64,000 nucleotides of DNA from Blasia pusilla (lineage: Eukaryota): NCBI GenBank assembly GCA_050084515.1, contig CM114271.1, forward strand, positions 31,000,001 to 31,064,000, given 5' to 3'. Numbering within the stretch: the first letter of the stretch is position 1; the number at the start of each line of letters is the position of its first letter. A program made the position numbers and the translations under genes. Shown one piece after another: positions 1 to 13,359 of the stretch. Below the pieces are notes generated by a model. It saw nothing but the letters and a program-made list of their open reading frames with translations, was not told the origin of the DNA and ran no database searches.

Positions 1-801
1 TCTAACTGGGTAAGTACCCATGAAAGAGGACTACCAACCGTAATTTGAAAAGGTTCTATACGAGCTGATGACTTTGGTTTTAATGTTCTATCACCGGGTC
101 TATTTGCACCCGTATTTTGGTCTTCAAAGTGCAGGCACAGGACGCATACGGGTCCGCTAGACTAGAATGGTGAGAACATTCCTTTCAATGTTAACAGTAT
201 TTTCCGTCCCTTCTCCATTCAAGTCATCATAGATGAGGACCGATGTACAGACAGGTGGGGAGAATAAAAAACCTGTGGTAACTGTGCACCAACGTACAGC
301 TCCCGTGCAGCATTGTTTAGCTTCCCAGTGAGTTATCGCACAACACCAACCATAATGTGAGCAATTTTCTCTGTGCTTATCCTCAAGAGTTCATCAGTCA
401 GTCGACTTGTAGATATGGAACATTACGATAAGGAGAAAGAACTGGAGCATATGGGTGGGGCTAACACCAATAGCTAACAGAGTTGAAAACTTGGAACTTA
501 ATTCTACCATGAAACCGCCCAAATATCTCAGGTATCCAATTTGCCTAACTCATGACACAACACCAGATTTGGTTTCTATTATCACTGGTTTTCTCATCTA
601 CTTCAACATTACTAGGCTTTCACCCTAATTGCAGCCAAGAAAAGCTAGGGGAGACAAGCGTCACGAACTTGCACCGAGGGCCGTACGAAAGGAAGCAGGC
701 ACGAATCGATAAAGATCGCGAATTTGAAGTTGACCTACTCCTGCGGAAGAGAATTGGCAACTATAGAGGAATAAGAGATGTCAGAGAGATGAAGAAGGTA
801 C

Positions 802-1103
802 CAGTATAAGGGCCACATGGTGTAGTCCAAATCCACCGCTACCATCTTGGGCAAAACTGGAGCCCTTGCAAGCAACGCCACCGCGTCATCAAAACATCCG
901 CGATTGCCATCCTCTCCATTTCCTTCCGAGCAATCCCGAGGCGCATTGACGGACAGTTGAGCCGAGAAAAGAATCGCTAGCCCGCCGCTGATCCTTGCAG
1001 CAGCCGGCAATTCCCACAGCAATCTTCGTCTACTCAGAAACTTTACGGACGAAAGCGACAGGAGCCCACGTCTCTGGAACCGGGCAGCTGCTTCTAGTGC
1101 CAT
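802..1103 (-). CDS. MDP1: First coding exon of a magnesium-dependent phosphatase 1-like protein (HAD superfamily); the gene continues leftwards, probably beyond the window
   Basis: ATG at 1103. Translation ends ...LPKMVAVDLDYTMWPLY, the MDP-1 DxDxT(L/M)WP motif. A GT donor at 801-800 splits the following TG codon. The R/S/L-rich N-terminus resembles a transit peptide. Confidence 0.8.
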
Positions 1104-2006
1104 CCTCTCTCCACAGAAATCACAGTTCAATAACTTGACCCCTATCTCTTTCGACCCGTGCCCCTCATTATCCTCAGCCCGATCTCCTTCTGTTCTCCAA
1201 CGTTCACATCCCAATTCCCTCGCTGCAACTGCGGATTCTCCGCTTTCTCTTCTCTCCTGTTTCCACCCGCGCAATGCATCTTCCGCACACGCCAATTCAC
1301 CCTCCCTGCGACCAACCCCAGGGCCGCTCTATTTCTATTTCCTGCGTGCCACTGTAGAGGAACGACATGCATTCACAGGGTACGTGATCTGCAGCGATAA
1401 CGCCAGTAAGAAACGAGAACATTATTTTCCTACATCGAAGGTTTACAAAGTGGATTTCATGAAAGGTGATGAGCAAAATCTCGTTAGGAGAGGAATAAAG
1501 GGTGTGATTCAAAGAAATGAGATAATCTAGTGTGGCACCATTTTCTTATCATTATTATTATTGGAAATTTCTTTTTTATTTCCAAACACCTGTTTTTTTC
1601 ATGAGGCAACGGGGCCGCAAGAAAATATTTCACCCTCTACGAGCAGAAAGAAACAGATTTTGTGATTAGTTCCTTCACTCCCACTAGTAATATCATGAGA
1701 GGGGATTTTAATTTACTTTAGAAACTTTTACTCTTAAGAAAGGACACTCATTGAGGGGGTTAATATTTGTGATGTGTCTTATGGCATATTTAGGTATCTT
1801 GATGGTTGATGATGCCACTCGTGCAAGTTAGGCCAAGTGAGGTAACATTGTGTCACTAGTGAAAGTATCCTCTTTTGTTAGGCCTTTCTTTCATATAGTC
1901 ATACTTGGTTCGTATGGAGGAGGCTCTATATCATAGCTTATGAATTCGAGCTTACAATGTACTCTAGGTCCTTTATGACTAACTATAACCGGTTCGATAA
2001 AAATCT

Positions 2007-2330
2007 CACTAGAAGAAAATAGTGGTTTTTATGACTAGTACAAGAATGATTGAGGTTCTTCATGACTCAAACATATGACTAGAATCTCTGCTAGTTTGAT
2101 AGCAGCCATATCACCCCATATAATAGTAAAGTTGCAGTCATATAAAATTATGACTGAGTCATAGAGAAATCTTAGGATATGGCATAGTCATATTTGAAAT
2201 GACTTAGTAACTAGTCGGTCTTGTGTGAAGTCATACTAAAAATTTTATATGACTCACTTGTGTCAGGAATGAAAAATGACTAAACATGTGAAGTCATAAA
2301 CTAAGTAGAAATAATGTACATAGGAACTTA
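2007..2330 (+). mobile_element. Possible 5' end of a CACTA (En/Spm) element
   Basis: CACTAGAAGAAAA at 2007 followed by many ATGACT/AGTCAT subterminal-like motifs. No partner end with a matching TSD was found. Confidence 0.35.
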
Positions 2331-5259
2331 GATGAAAAAAAAAGAGAAAATGGGGGTTCCAAGATTTCATTAACCTACGTGGCGTATGACATGGCGTGCT
2401 CATGGCGCGCAAGCAAAGAAGGGTCTAGCTACCTATTGGTGGGGGGGGGGGACCAGCAAGGAAGTATGAGCGAGAGGGGCCGGAACTTGTACGAGGGTTA
2501 GGCGATCTAGGGCATAAGAGACGTGTGAGCGAGAATGCAAAGCTGAAGAGAGCAAGGCGGAGACGAAGATGCCACAAGGCGAAGAGAGAGGGTAGAGGGA
2601 AGCGAGATAGGAACCAGCAGTTGAGAGTCCATTGCGGCCTGATTACTTGATTGCTTGAGCTGCGCGGTCCATTGCCGCCTTCCCTGGGTGTGGTAAGCCT
2701 AAGAAAATTAAATGCTCGAGGTGCGTCAGCCCTTTCCGCCTTCCCCTGGTGTGGTAAATCAAGTGGAGCAGTGGTGGCAGCCATGTCCAAGGAGGTGTTG
2801 CGGTCCAACGAGCGATTTACCATCGAAGCTCCTATAGCTGAAATGTAAGTTGGATCTCTCTCTCTCTCTCTCTTCTCAAGCGGTAGATGACCAAGAGGTT
2901 AGCTGAACAAACATAAGGTCCTCTTGAAGAGGTCTTGGGTTCAACTCTCCCCTTGGACAGTGGGGCGATCTCAACCCTGAGGCATGGCGTCCCCTACCTA
3001 GGGCATGGATGGTCCATGTTCGAGAGAGAGAACGCCTTGTGTGCCTTTACTATGCTCCCAGGTTAAAAATCTGGATAAAATTCCACGCCTTCACAAAGAA
3101 AAACAAGAGAAAAAAACAAAAACCAAATCTCCTGAGTGAGAACTCCAAATCTAGATGTGAAAGTGTCCTATCGGATGCAAGGTCAATTTCACATATGTGG
3201 AAGGGGTCCCATAAACCGGATCAACTTCTTGTGGACTAAAAATCTACTCTAATCTATTCTATCTCTCGTGAACGATAAATCATTTGATTCATTCCCTTCG
3301 TAGTCCCTAGGATACATCCAATGTTCTCCACGTATCAACGTTAGGAGGGCATCTTCCGAGGTCATCCATTTCCTCGTGTTCGTGTAGAGTCTGTCACTCG
3401 ACGTTGGATGTGGTATGCGTCCAAATTCAAAGAGCCTAACATGAGATGCAAGATCACCTCCCTACAATCTTAGGTGGGAATAGAAATCTTGTGCTATTTT
3501 GGGTATTCGGTTCGAAGTCTCTTTCAATTAGTGGTGGTCATCACAACAATCATATGAATCTTAGACGCCATTGATCGTCGTGTCCACAATTCGTCATTGA
3601 CATCCACCTCGGGTATCCATCCACGACAACTTTGGTAGAAGTACCACAACTATGTAGCATGTTAATCAAGTCCATAAAGCTCCAACTGCCCTGCGCTCTG
3701 TAACAACTGTTAGACAACCATCCGCTTCCCATGGAGTAGGGTTTACTGGAGCGCAAGAACTCGTTTGACAAGCAAAGTGATAGCCTACGGGAATGTCCAT
3801 TTGAAAAAGAGCTGAGCCCTCAGCAGAATTATCTTGAGCAGAGGTCAATATGCAGTGTAGGCGCCTGTTCTGGGTGAATTTTTTTTTAGTTGCGAGGAAA
3901 AAATTAGGTGCTAAAACTGCATTCTAGCGTCGCAATTCAAAGAGAGAAACACTTTCAAGTATAGCTTCGATAGCAAAGACACGAAAGTGGACAATTGAGA
4001 ATTGTGTAGGGACCAAACTGGGGTCCATAGTGGTTTTATATGAAGCGTTCCTGTCACAAATAATATCCTTTAGGCGATGGACCTCTAGCGCCAGCTTGTG
4101 ACATTTGGACGCCTGGCAAAGTTAGCGGCATTGCGGGCGGCCTCTCTTTGAGAATCATTTGGCGACGAGAGTGCAGTCAGTCTCCAACTAAACATCTTTG
4201 TTTGTATTTCTTGGAATGACTATTCTTTGGATGGTTCGGCTAAAGGACTGCCCCTTTTGCGGGGATGTTTATCTCAAACGAGTCATTTCCTGTCACTGGT
4301 TGTAAATGCTGCACTCTATGAATGTCAAGATTAATGGTGGGTCAAACCTTTCATATGGTGCATAAGGAGCGGGCAAGATGAGAAAATGAACGATACTTGA
4401 ACATCTGAACTTGCATGGGGTTGTGATCCCTGGGACGATGCGCTTGACATGCTACACGCTGTTGTTAAATTTCAAAGGAGGAGACAATATGTCATAAACT
4501 TCCCCGGAAAGATATCAGAGATATTGTTGATGCCCGTCCTACTCTTGCTCTCTCATTCTCTCACAAAAGAGACAAGATCCTCTTTTTGGAGCGCCAATCT
4601 TTGCCACCTTTGGCTGACTTAGCAAGACCAGAGTTGAAGCTTGTTGGATTTTGGATAGACCTATCATTCAACGCCCAGAGTCGGATGTAAGTTCTTCTTC
4701 TTCAGATAATCTGTTTGACCACCTTCCAGTATGATCTTACCCCAGGGGCAATTAAGGAGCGTGTTTGTATTCTCCAAGAGTGAAATTCCAGTGCTTAGTA
4801 CTTTCCACAATTTGAAGTGAAGAAAATTCAGTGTTTGGAGCAAGATTAAAGTTAATACGTAGTCTAAGGTAGGATTATTGGCATGTAGATGGACGTCATA
4901 TGACATTGACAAATGCGTTTGCATTTTTAATCCTTCTCGTGTGAACCTTTATCAGAAAACAAGATGCATGCTTATGAGCATTTGGGACTTTTTTTGGAAG
5001 TTGACCATGAAAGCTTGTTCAACTATGGTGAAGCTGCTTGTCTTCAGGTCATTCTATATCGGAATATTCATGCATACGCTTCAGAATGATGGCACACGGG
5101 GGCCAGGGAAATTTGTCTTCGCATTGGGCAGCACTCCTTTTCACTCCTTGCGCCCAACATTGGTCCTTTATCCATCTCCACCTTTCTTGAGCAAATTTGT
5201 ACTTCTCCCCGATCCCTCCCTTGCACTATGATAACGAAGAAGCATGTTGTGAGATGAAC

Positions 5260-6085
5260 CCGGCTTGACGGGAGGCGATGTGGAGCATTGTCCATTCCGG
5301 ATATAGACATCTTGGGTGGAGCAAGTACCACATAGTATATCATTCGACAGGAGGTCATGGCGAGGATTTGCTTGGGACATCCTACAGATGAGTCCGTAGT
5401 GCGAGCCAAGGAGATAGTGACGGATGTAGAGTCCTACGACGTCTTGGTTGGTAGAGCAGTGTTATACTCGATGGGGTTTTCCCTAGATTACTGGGAGGAG
5501 TCAGAGTCCTACAGACTAGGATGGCAATCAGGTGATGAGCGCCTTAGCTCATTACCCGTTTGATTCACTTGTGGAGTGATCGAGCGACGACTAGGAGAGA
5601 TGGCGACCTTAGCAGCATTTAGCAGTGCCATCACTTGGCCTAGTGATTTGATTGAGGGACATGTCCATGAAAAGGATACTCCCGTTCTTGACATTTCTAT
5701 GCAGAGGAGTGTCATTGTAGCCGCATCAGTCCGTGGAGGAGAGGTGCCGCTTTGGGGCTCGACTGACGAGCTTCAAGGCTTAGCCATTGAGCATCTGCAA
5801 ACCACGTGGAGCGAGACGTTTGCACCAGAGTGTGACAGGTCAGAGGAACCCCAAGTAGGCAGGAGTGCTGCTATGAGCCCTTTGGACACCACCTCGATTG
5901 TGTGGTACATCCTAGAGAAGGGTATTCGGGTGTTGCATCTCTTTGGAGAGATCAGCATTGGGTTAGTTGTTGTTTTGCACGCTGGAATGCACGTGCAGCA
6001 GTACCTATATGTGGAGATTGATGATGTTGCAAGGCGCGCTTCACTTCACCATGTGGCATTGTTATACCTCCGTTTCCCCGGCTTA
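5260..6085 (+). pseudogene. Fragment of a second DNMT-carrying Ty3/Gypsy element (protease C-terminus, linker and methyltransferase N-terminus)
   Basis: ESYDVLVGRAVLYSMGFSLDYWEE...SGDERLSSLPV and IRVLHLFGEISIGLVVVLHAGMHVQQYLYVEIDD align residue by residue with ORFs 14446..15156 and 13735..14427. Contains stops. Confidence 0.85.
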
Positions 6086-8977
6086 CATTTAGGCTATTTT
6101 GTGTCTGAATCGGAAGGCCAAAATCAGTGATCGCTACACATAGAGTTGATACCTAGTAAATCTCATGCTCTCCTACTGAGGTGGTTGCGGCTGATGTTCA
6201 GAAGGTTGTTGTTGGGCTACTTGTTGTTGCTAATGTTGTTCTGCCTTCAATTTTTGCTGTTGTGTCTATTGCTATTGTTACTGTTGCAGCAATTGTTGTT
6301 TATGTTGTTGAAGTAAAAGTTGTTGTTGCTATAGCTATTGCTATAGCATTTCTTGCTGCTTATGTTATTGGTGTTGCTTATCACAACATTAACATTAGTG
6401 TCTTTCTCCATCACCCATTCATCTATATGATTCAGATCATCCTTTGGGTCTTTCCGCTCATGGAGGTCACCTTCTAGGTGTGGCCCTACTTTGGTTACGT
6501 GCTCTCTATGCTCCTCAGAATCGTCAACAACAGAAGCCTCGTGCATAATACTTGTATCAAGCCATGTCTAAATTTCCACTTCCTAAGGAGAGGTCCATCA
6601 CCTCTTTCTAGATGAAGCAACAAACTTGGAGACATTTGTAACTTGCACAATAGAGCTCCAACTGCATCAAAACCCACCTTAAGAGCATTGGAAACTAACT
6701 CATAGGAAGATACTAGAGAATAATCAAATAGATTAGGTGCATATTCACTATTATCCAAAGGATGAATATTTCCCCATACATGGTCTTCCTTATTGTGGGA
6801 GTGGCCAACCTTCAAGCCCTCTAGTCCACATGCACTCCAAGCGTGGAAGAGACAATTCATGCCAGCAACACTATATATCCAACAAACTTCCAAAATCAAA
6901 GCTTCTTTCATGGCTACTCATGCCCCCTTTCTTGTTGAAAAATATCTCAAAACAATCAAAACCTATCAAGTGAAATGAAAATTGGAGATATGGAAACTTG
7001 TCCCAAAACACACAAATTAGGAGCACAATGCAATGACAAGACACGTTAACATCATGGAAAGCTTGAGCATATATCATTTTCTTCTCTATGAGAGTTGCAA
7101 CATTGCCATCAACAGAGTTAGCACTGGTCATCATATGCCAACGTTAATGTAATGTACAAGTGGTTTTAAAATTGATCTTTATACAGTAATTTAATGAGTT
7201 TGTTCCTCAAGAGGATCACGATTATGTGAAAAGAGAGGTCAAGATGTCGTTTATCTTGCAATAGTTGTAATTAAGTGTGTATAATTCAGATTCAATGACT
7301 TATCAATGTCTTCAGAGCTCTCTTTGTACCAAGATTTCTTTCCTCTATTCTCTCTAGTAGAGTTGAAATCACGCTCAGGTAGATCTTTCACTCAACATCA
7401 AAGAACCTCATAGAGACCTCAACAAGAAGCTGGCTTCTCCTACTTTCGGAACTTAATCCGTCTAGGCAGGCTACTCTTTGTCAAACAAATTTCTTACAAC
7501 TCCGTGTTGATTATTCTATTGATGAAAAGGTTCTCCTGATTCACTCTTTACTCTGCAGACCCAATAAGAATACTCAGACATATGCATCGCACATCAGAAT
7601 GAAGAAATGAGTACTTTACTACTCCATCAAGAATGAGAAAGCTTCAAAAGTATATACAAACACGAGAGGGTACTACTCTCTTGCTCAGACCATTCCTACA
7701 GCATAAGGAGTTCGTGAGAGAATGATGATGATCGCTACTTTCATGCTTCTTAAATATTCTCCAGAGTAGGAGTGGTTCTAAGGATTCGAAGCGTTCTTGA
7801 GGAATCTGTTGTCTCTTCAACATTTGTAACTACCTAGATCTATGGTACTCTTTTCTTTTCCTATGATCCCTGTAAATCCGTTGAGCGTAATGGTACTAAC
7901 TTCCTATCTAATACAAAAAGTCATGCCTCTTCCTAGTCTAACTGTTCTATCAGTATGCCGCTTGAAATCACTTCGAGTCTTAGCTTTGCTTCGTTGCGAA
8001 GTGTGGACCTCTTTTGCTTCCCTTGATTACGAAGCGCTGCATTCTTCGCTCTGGTTTCAAGTGCTTTGTGCTTCATGCTTTGCTGAAGAGCGAAGTACTT
8101 CTTCCTCTTCTTTTTCATCATGCTTCGTTCAAGAGCGAAGCACTTCATGAACAAGTTCTGAATAGGGCTTCGTTGACTTTTCCAAGCTTTGATGTGAGTC
8201 TTTAGACTTGGTTACTGCATTTCCCTCTCCTCTAAGGCAAATTCTTGATCTTCCACCTCTCTGCCTTGTCCTAGGAGCTTTGTGATCTCTTTCAATATTA
8301 CTCATTCTTCTACTACACAAACATAATATCCAAAATCATTATGTATACACAAGTTTTCTTCGAATAAAAATCTCTAATCTTCAAAAGTACAAAATTGCGG
8401 GCATCATTGTTAACTAGAGCTTCCACAACCAAAAAAACCATGAAACTTTTGAGGGTAGAACAATATGGGCCCTTCATTCATATATTGGGAAGAAGACATC
8501 GACTTAATCTGCAATAATCTCAATTGCAACTAGGATGTATGAGTATGACCACAAGGATTTGACAACCATTAGTTGAGGAGATGATTCTTTGAGAACATTA
8601 GAAGAGCTTGTTCGTGCTTATTAGAGTTTCTTGTGAATGAAATTGGAGGCCATAAAGTAGTTAAGTTTAAGAATCAATAGCAATTATTTGTAGTCAATTT
8701 GTGACCCAAACTTGCAACCACTTTAACCAATCCATTGCAAGCTCAATGTAAGTCTTTGCAGTTTGTCGTGCGCATATATATCGCTACACAACATACATCA
8801 CTGGTCACATCTACACCACACAACACCAATCTTCCCCACACATGGGTCGATCCATACATGTACAAAAATCAACTCATACATATACATGGAGATCATATAA
8901 CCGCCCCCCTAGCTGGCAGTTGGATCCCCCCAACTCCAGATAGAAAATATCACATCTCTCTAACATGACCTACTACC

Positions 8978-10230
8978 CTATACACATCTCGGACACATCC
9001 ATCGTCCCCTGGGAACCACATCTAGAGGGGTGGTCAGACATGACATATGCCACCCTCGAGAACAACCATCACATACCAACATGGTGGCTGCACCCCTCGC
9101 AGATCCGCACAACATACACCTCAAGCCTGCAAGTACCACTGCCAAGCTCGGATCCACTGTCCCATTAACGTTCGAAAGATGACATGGCGCACAATTGCGC
9201 ACATGATCCTTCCAAACCATACCATCCCGTCCCTCCAACATGAGGACTCCGGTCGGTAATACCTCGCGCACATGTAGGATCGTGCGCCCTGCAGTGACAT
9301 CTAACGTTGTGGATGCCGCCTGCTGTAAATACACGTAATCTCCAGGATGAAACCTCCTAATCCTTGGACGATAACCTCCTCCATGAATGGTCGCGTACCT
9401 CAATGTATCTCTATGCTGGGCAATAGCTAAGTTCTCAAAGGCCATAGGCATAACTCTACGAAAAACTTCTGCCCTCTGAGAACATGCTTGTATCCACACA
9501 TCTGGATCATCAAGATCTAACACCTCCGCCATGTCACGTCGAATCGTTGCAAGTAAATCTGGCTCTCTCCCAAAGAGCAAAAAGTATGGTGAAAATGATG
9601 CCAAGGATGCCTGCCGACTAAAGCGATAACCCATAGCCAACATGGCAACTGTAGGTCCCACTCCCTCAACTGTCCCCGCTGCAAGCCATACTTGCGCAAT
9701 CCTCTCTTCACCGTCTGTACCACTCTCTCCGCCAACCCATCCGCCTCAAGATGATCTCTGGACGTGGTGCAGTGATCTATCAGCGCCTGATCACACAAGG
9801 CCTGAAAACTCTCCCCTGAACTCGGTACCCTGGTCAGTCAACACCTCCGCCGGTGCACCAAAGTGACTGAGCACACGATCTAGAAATGCATAAGTTGTTC
9901 CCTTGCTCGCCTTGTCTGGTAGTGCCACCAACTCTATCCACTTGGAGAAATGCTCCACCATGGCAAAAGTCCCGCAAAGTCTAAACTCCACCGATAACCT
10001 AAACCCATAATCGGCAAAGGATGTAACTGCGGAGTGGGAGCATTGAAGGATGCTCGCACTCTGTCACATACCATACATCTGGCCACAAACTGCTGTATCC
10101 CAGTATGCATGCCGCGCCACCAATACTGAACATGGAGTAAGCTGTAAGTACGCTTTACTCCGAAATGTCCCAGCTCCTCATGGGCATGTCGCACTTCACG
10201 TGCTTGCTGGGAAGGATGAGGTACCACTCG
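8978..10230 (-). pseudogene. Integrase with C-terminal PHD finger
   Basis: HHCC motif (HEELGHFG...CMVC), WSLDFAG, LTDQGTEF, DGLAERVVQT, SPYFLLFGR; terminal CMLC...LVCDGCSRGWHMSC...WMCPRC matches C4HC3 PHD. Confidence 0.9.
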
Positions 10231-11261
10231 TGTTGTGCACCTACTCTCCTTGAACGTTAATCTTGTTTGTTGCGGAAGCGTGCTTTCAGTAGGTCACGCT
10301 CTCAACGCTGATCTGCATCCAAACACGCACTTTGGTTAGTCGGGTCTTGGATCAATCAGCGGGGTTACTTTCCGAGTTCTTGTCTCGGACTCTCATCAAG
10401 CTCAACCTTCCTAGTTTCGCGGTTTCCAACACGGGCAAATCTCGAAAGACTTGGGAGAAACTTTCTGATCGGTTCAGGAACCTGAAACGGCGTTTCGCGC
10501 CTAGCGGTTCCAACTGTCCGATGGACATCCAATGATTTCCTCACCAAGACTCGCACAAAGTGAATCTCGGGTTGGAATCCAAGTGTGGCGTACAAAGCCC
10601 ACTCCCTTGGATCAGGTTTGGGTTTCAGGTTCCCGCGCCAAACTCCCGTTCCATCCCGTGCCTCTTAAACGCCGTTTGGCGCCCAAAGTGGGGATTCATT
10701 TCCCGAGACATCTTGGAGAGGGTCCTCCCTTACTAGTACTTCTGGGGATCTCCGGGGGCCCCCTACATTTAGGGAAAGACACCCGGGCCTCTCCAATTGG
10801 CCCTCAACCCGATTGCTCTCTCAATCGTTTTCGGCCAATATCTCAGCCTTTACTTATGCGTTTGCTAAGATCTTTGGTGCGTTGGAAGCATCTCAAGATC
10901 AGCTTTCCAACGCGCCCTTATTTGTCTCGAACGCATCTTGGAGCTCAACGTTATGGTCCTCAACACAGTCAGATTCTCCCAAACGCTAGTCGTGTTCCAA
11001 ACTGGTTCTCACCTCTTTGGCAACCAACCTCCCAAGACTCAACTCATCTCAAGTCTTGGCTCGCGTTTGGTCTAGGTTTCCTGTTTGCGACCACTAACGC
11101 ATGAAACGCACAACTCTGTTCCGCGTTTCGTCTCTTAGACTTTTCCAAGAGACTTATCCAAACGCCTCTCCAAAGCGCAAACCTCGCAGCGTGAGTTCCT
11201 TTGAGTTCTCATGTTTCGCTTGGTGCCTATTTGTTGTTGTTTGGTTATGAGGGTCACGACA
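10231..11261. mobile_element. Solo LTR (1031 bp) inserted in the Gypsy pol just upstream of the integrase HHCC motif
   Basis: TGTTGTG...CACGACA termini and perfect 5-bp TSD ACTCG (10226-10230, 11262-11266). Removing it restores the GRIRVVPHPS reading frame. Confidence 0.9.
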
Positions 11262-11605
11262 ACTCGTATCCTACCATCTCCCCATACCCGCAAAATGTGA
11301 GTCCCCTCCCACCTGAACCTCTTGGCTCTTTGTAGGATCCGATCCCGCTCCCTAGCACTCACTGGACTCGCAATGACGCCAGTGCCCAAGAAATCCACAA
11401 CCTCCACGTCGTCATGGATATCACGACCACCTGTCGCCTCCTCACTAACCTCCGGATCCAAAGACTCATCATCCAACCCCACCACTGGAATCATCACCTG
11501 TGGCTGACCTGCCATATTCAACCAACAAAGATAGGTAGATGTATGCCAATCGGGCACCATCTCCTCATCACTCTCTCCGTGCCATCGAGCTCCTGTATCG
11601 TCTCT

Positions 11606-12978
11606 CTAACTCGAACATGGGTTACGACTCAACCTATCCGCATCCTGGTTCAGCCGACTTGGCCTATGAACCATCTCAAACTCATACTCATGTAGTAATA
11701 GAGCCCACTTGGCAAGCTTGCCCGTAAGCTTGTCGGACTCCATCAACCACCTCAACGGCTGATAATCAGTGATAAGTGTGAAAGGGTTGCCGAATAAATA
11801 GCACCTAAAATGTGCCACGGCCCACACTGCAGCCAAGCACTCTCCCTTGTAGGAGCTGTACTTCGCCTCTGCAATTTTTTTCGATCGGCTCGCGTAAGCC
11901 GCAACGAACTCCCTCTCCTTGTCATCCCTGTGAGTAAACACTGCTCCTAGACCCAACATGCTCCAATCCGTATGTAACTGGAATGGGCGACCCCTAACCG
12001 GTCTCTGTAAAATGGGTGAGGACGTCAACGTGTCCTTGAGCAATGCTCGCTCCTGATCATCTCCCCACAACCAAACCTGATCAAGTCTCGTCAACAAGGT
12101 CAAAGACTTTGAGATTGCACTAAAACCCTTGACATACCGTCGATAGAAGTTCGCCAGTCCAAGAAATGCTCGGACTTGACTCACATCTGTAGGGCGTGGA
12201 ATCTGCGCAATAGCCTCTACCTTCATTTTCTGAACGCCTAACCCACTCGGGTATATGGTGTGTCCCAAGTACTCAATCTGCTCTTGAAAGAATCTGCACT
12301 TGCCTGGATGTAACTTGGTCCATGTTCTCGCAATTGTGAAACACCTCCTCCAAGTGTCGCTCATGCTCCTCAACCGTGGAATTGAAGATAAGAATATCAT
12401 CTATGTAACATCGTACAAAATCCAAGCCAGCCAGAATCCTATCTATCACTCTCTGAAACTCTGCAGGCGCGTTCTTCAACCCAAATGGTAAGAACCGCCA
12501 CTGATACGAGCAATCTCTCCCGAACCGATCTATCTCCCGACGAATCTTTGTCTTCTCCTATCCTCCAACCTGATAGGAAGCGATGATAGCCAAGACGAGA
12601 TCTAAATATCAAGATCTTTACATGTCCTACCGTATCAAAGATCTCCTCAGGAGTAGGGATGGCGTACTGATCTGACCTCGTCTGTCGGTTGATGAGACGG
12701 TAATCTCCACACATCCGCCTATCCGTCCAATTGCCATACATATCCTTCTTTGCAGGCATGACTGTGGCAGATGCATACTCCCCATGTGATAACTCCATAA
12801 GTCCTGCCTCCAACAAGTCCTGACTCCTTCTCTGAATCAAGGTCCGCTCCATATCAAAATACCTGTAGGATTGACGAAAGATTGGCGTATCACTAGCCAA
12901 CTCAATCCTTATCCCGGGATCCTTCAGCGTACCGAAGTCTCTCATACTGAAGTCAAAACAACTGACATGCCCTCTCAA
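11606..12978 (-). pseudogene. Reverse transcriptase and RNase H of the Gypsy element
   Basis: RRMCGDYRLIN, KNAPAEFQR, CYIDDILI, FLGLANFYRRYV, LHTDWS, GECLAAVWAV, LITDYQPL, NQDADRLSR. Several frameshifts. Confidence 0.95.
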
Positions 12979-13359
12979 AAACCTATGAACTCGCCGTCGC
13001 TCTCCTCATATCAACTTGAGACCTATCATAGGCTCCCAAGTCTCCATCGTGACCTCACTTGGAGAGGACGCAACCTCCGACTTTGGTTGCTATGTAGCAA
13101 CCCTAGCCACCTCTGCAACAGCCACTCCACTCTGACCTCCTACACCATGCTCCACATCCGAAAAATGAACATGTGCTACTCTAGCCGCCTTCGCACTCTC
13201 TGTTTGAACGACGTCCCAGGAAGTCCATGGGTGCCTATCTCTCCTCGTCTCGTCCCCAGCCAATGGCTGTACAGACCCTGTAGGCAATGGTCCAACTCGT
13301 GGACGTGACAGCATGGATGACACTCGCATCCGTCTCTGCTCAGCCATACCTAGGCTGAC

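Noticed and set aside
735-1295. 186-aa ORF as given in the track
   Set aside because: It uses a non-ATG start and runs into an intron after the DLDYT motif; the supported exon is 802-1103.
6181-6477. Hydrophobic 98-aa membrane protein
   Set aside because: It is a translation of a low-complexity GTT/GCT-rich tract with no family motif.
10532-11104. 190-aa ORF inside the Gypsy element as an extra gene
   Set aside because: It lies within the solo LTR insertion and has no recognisable motif.
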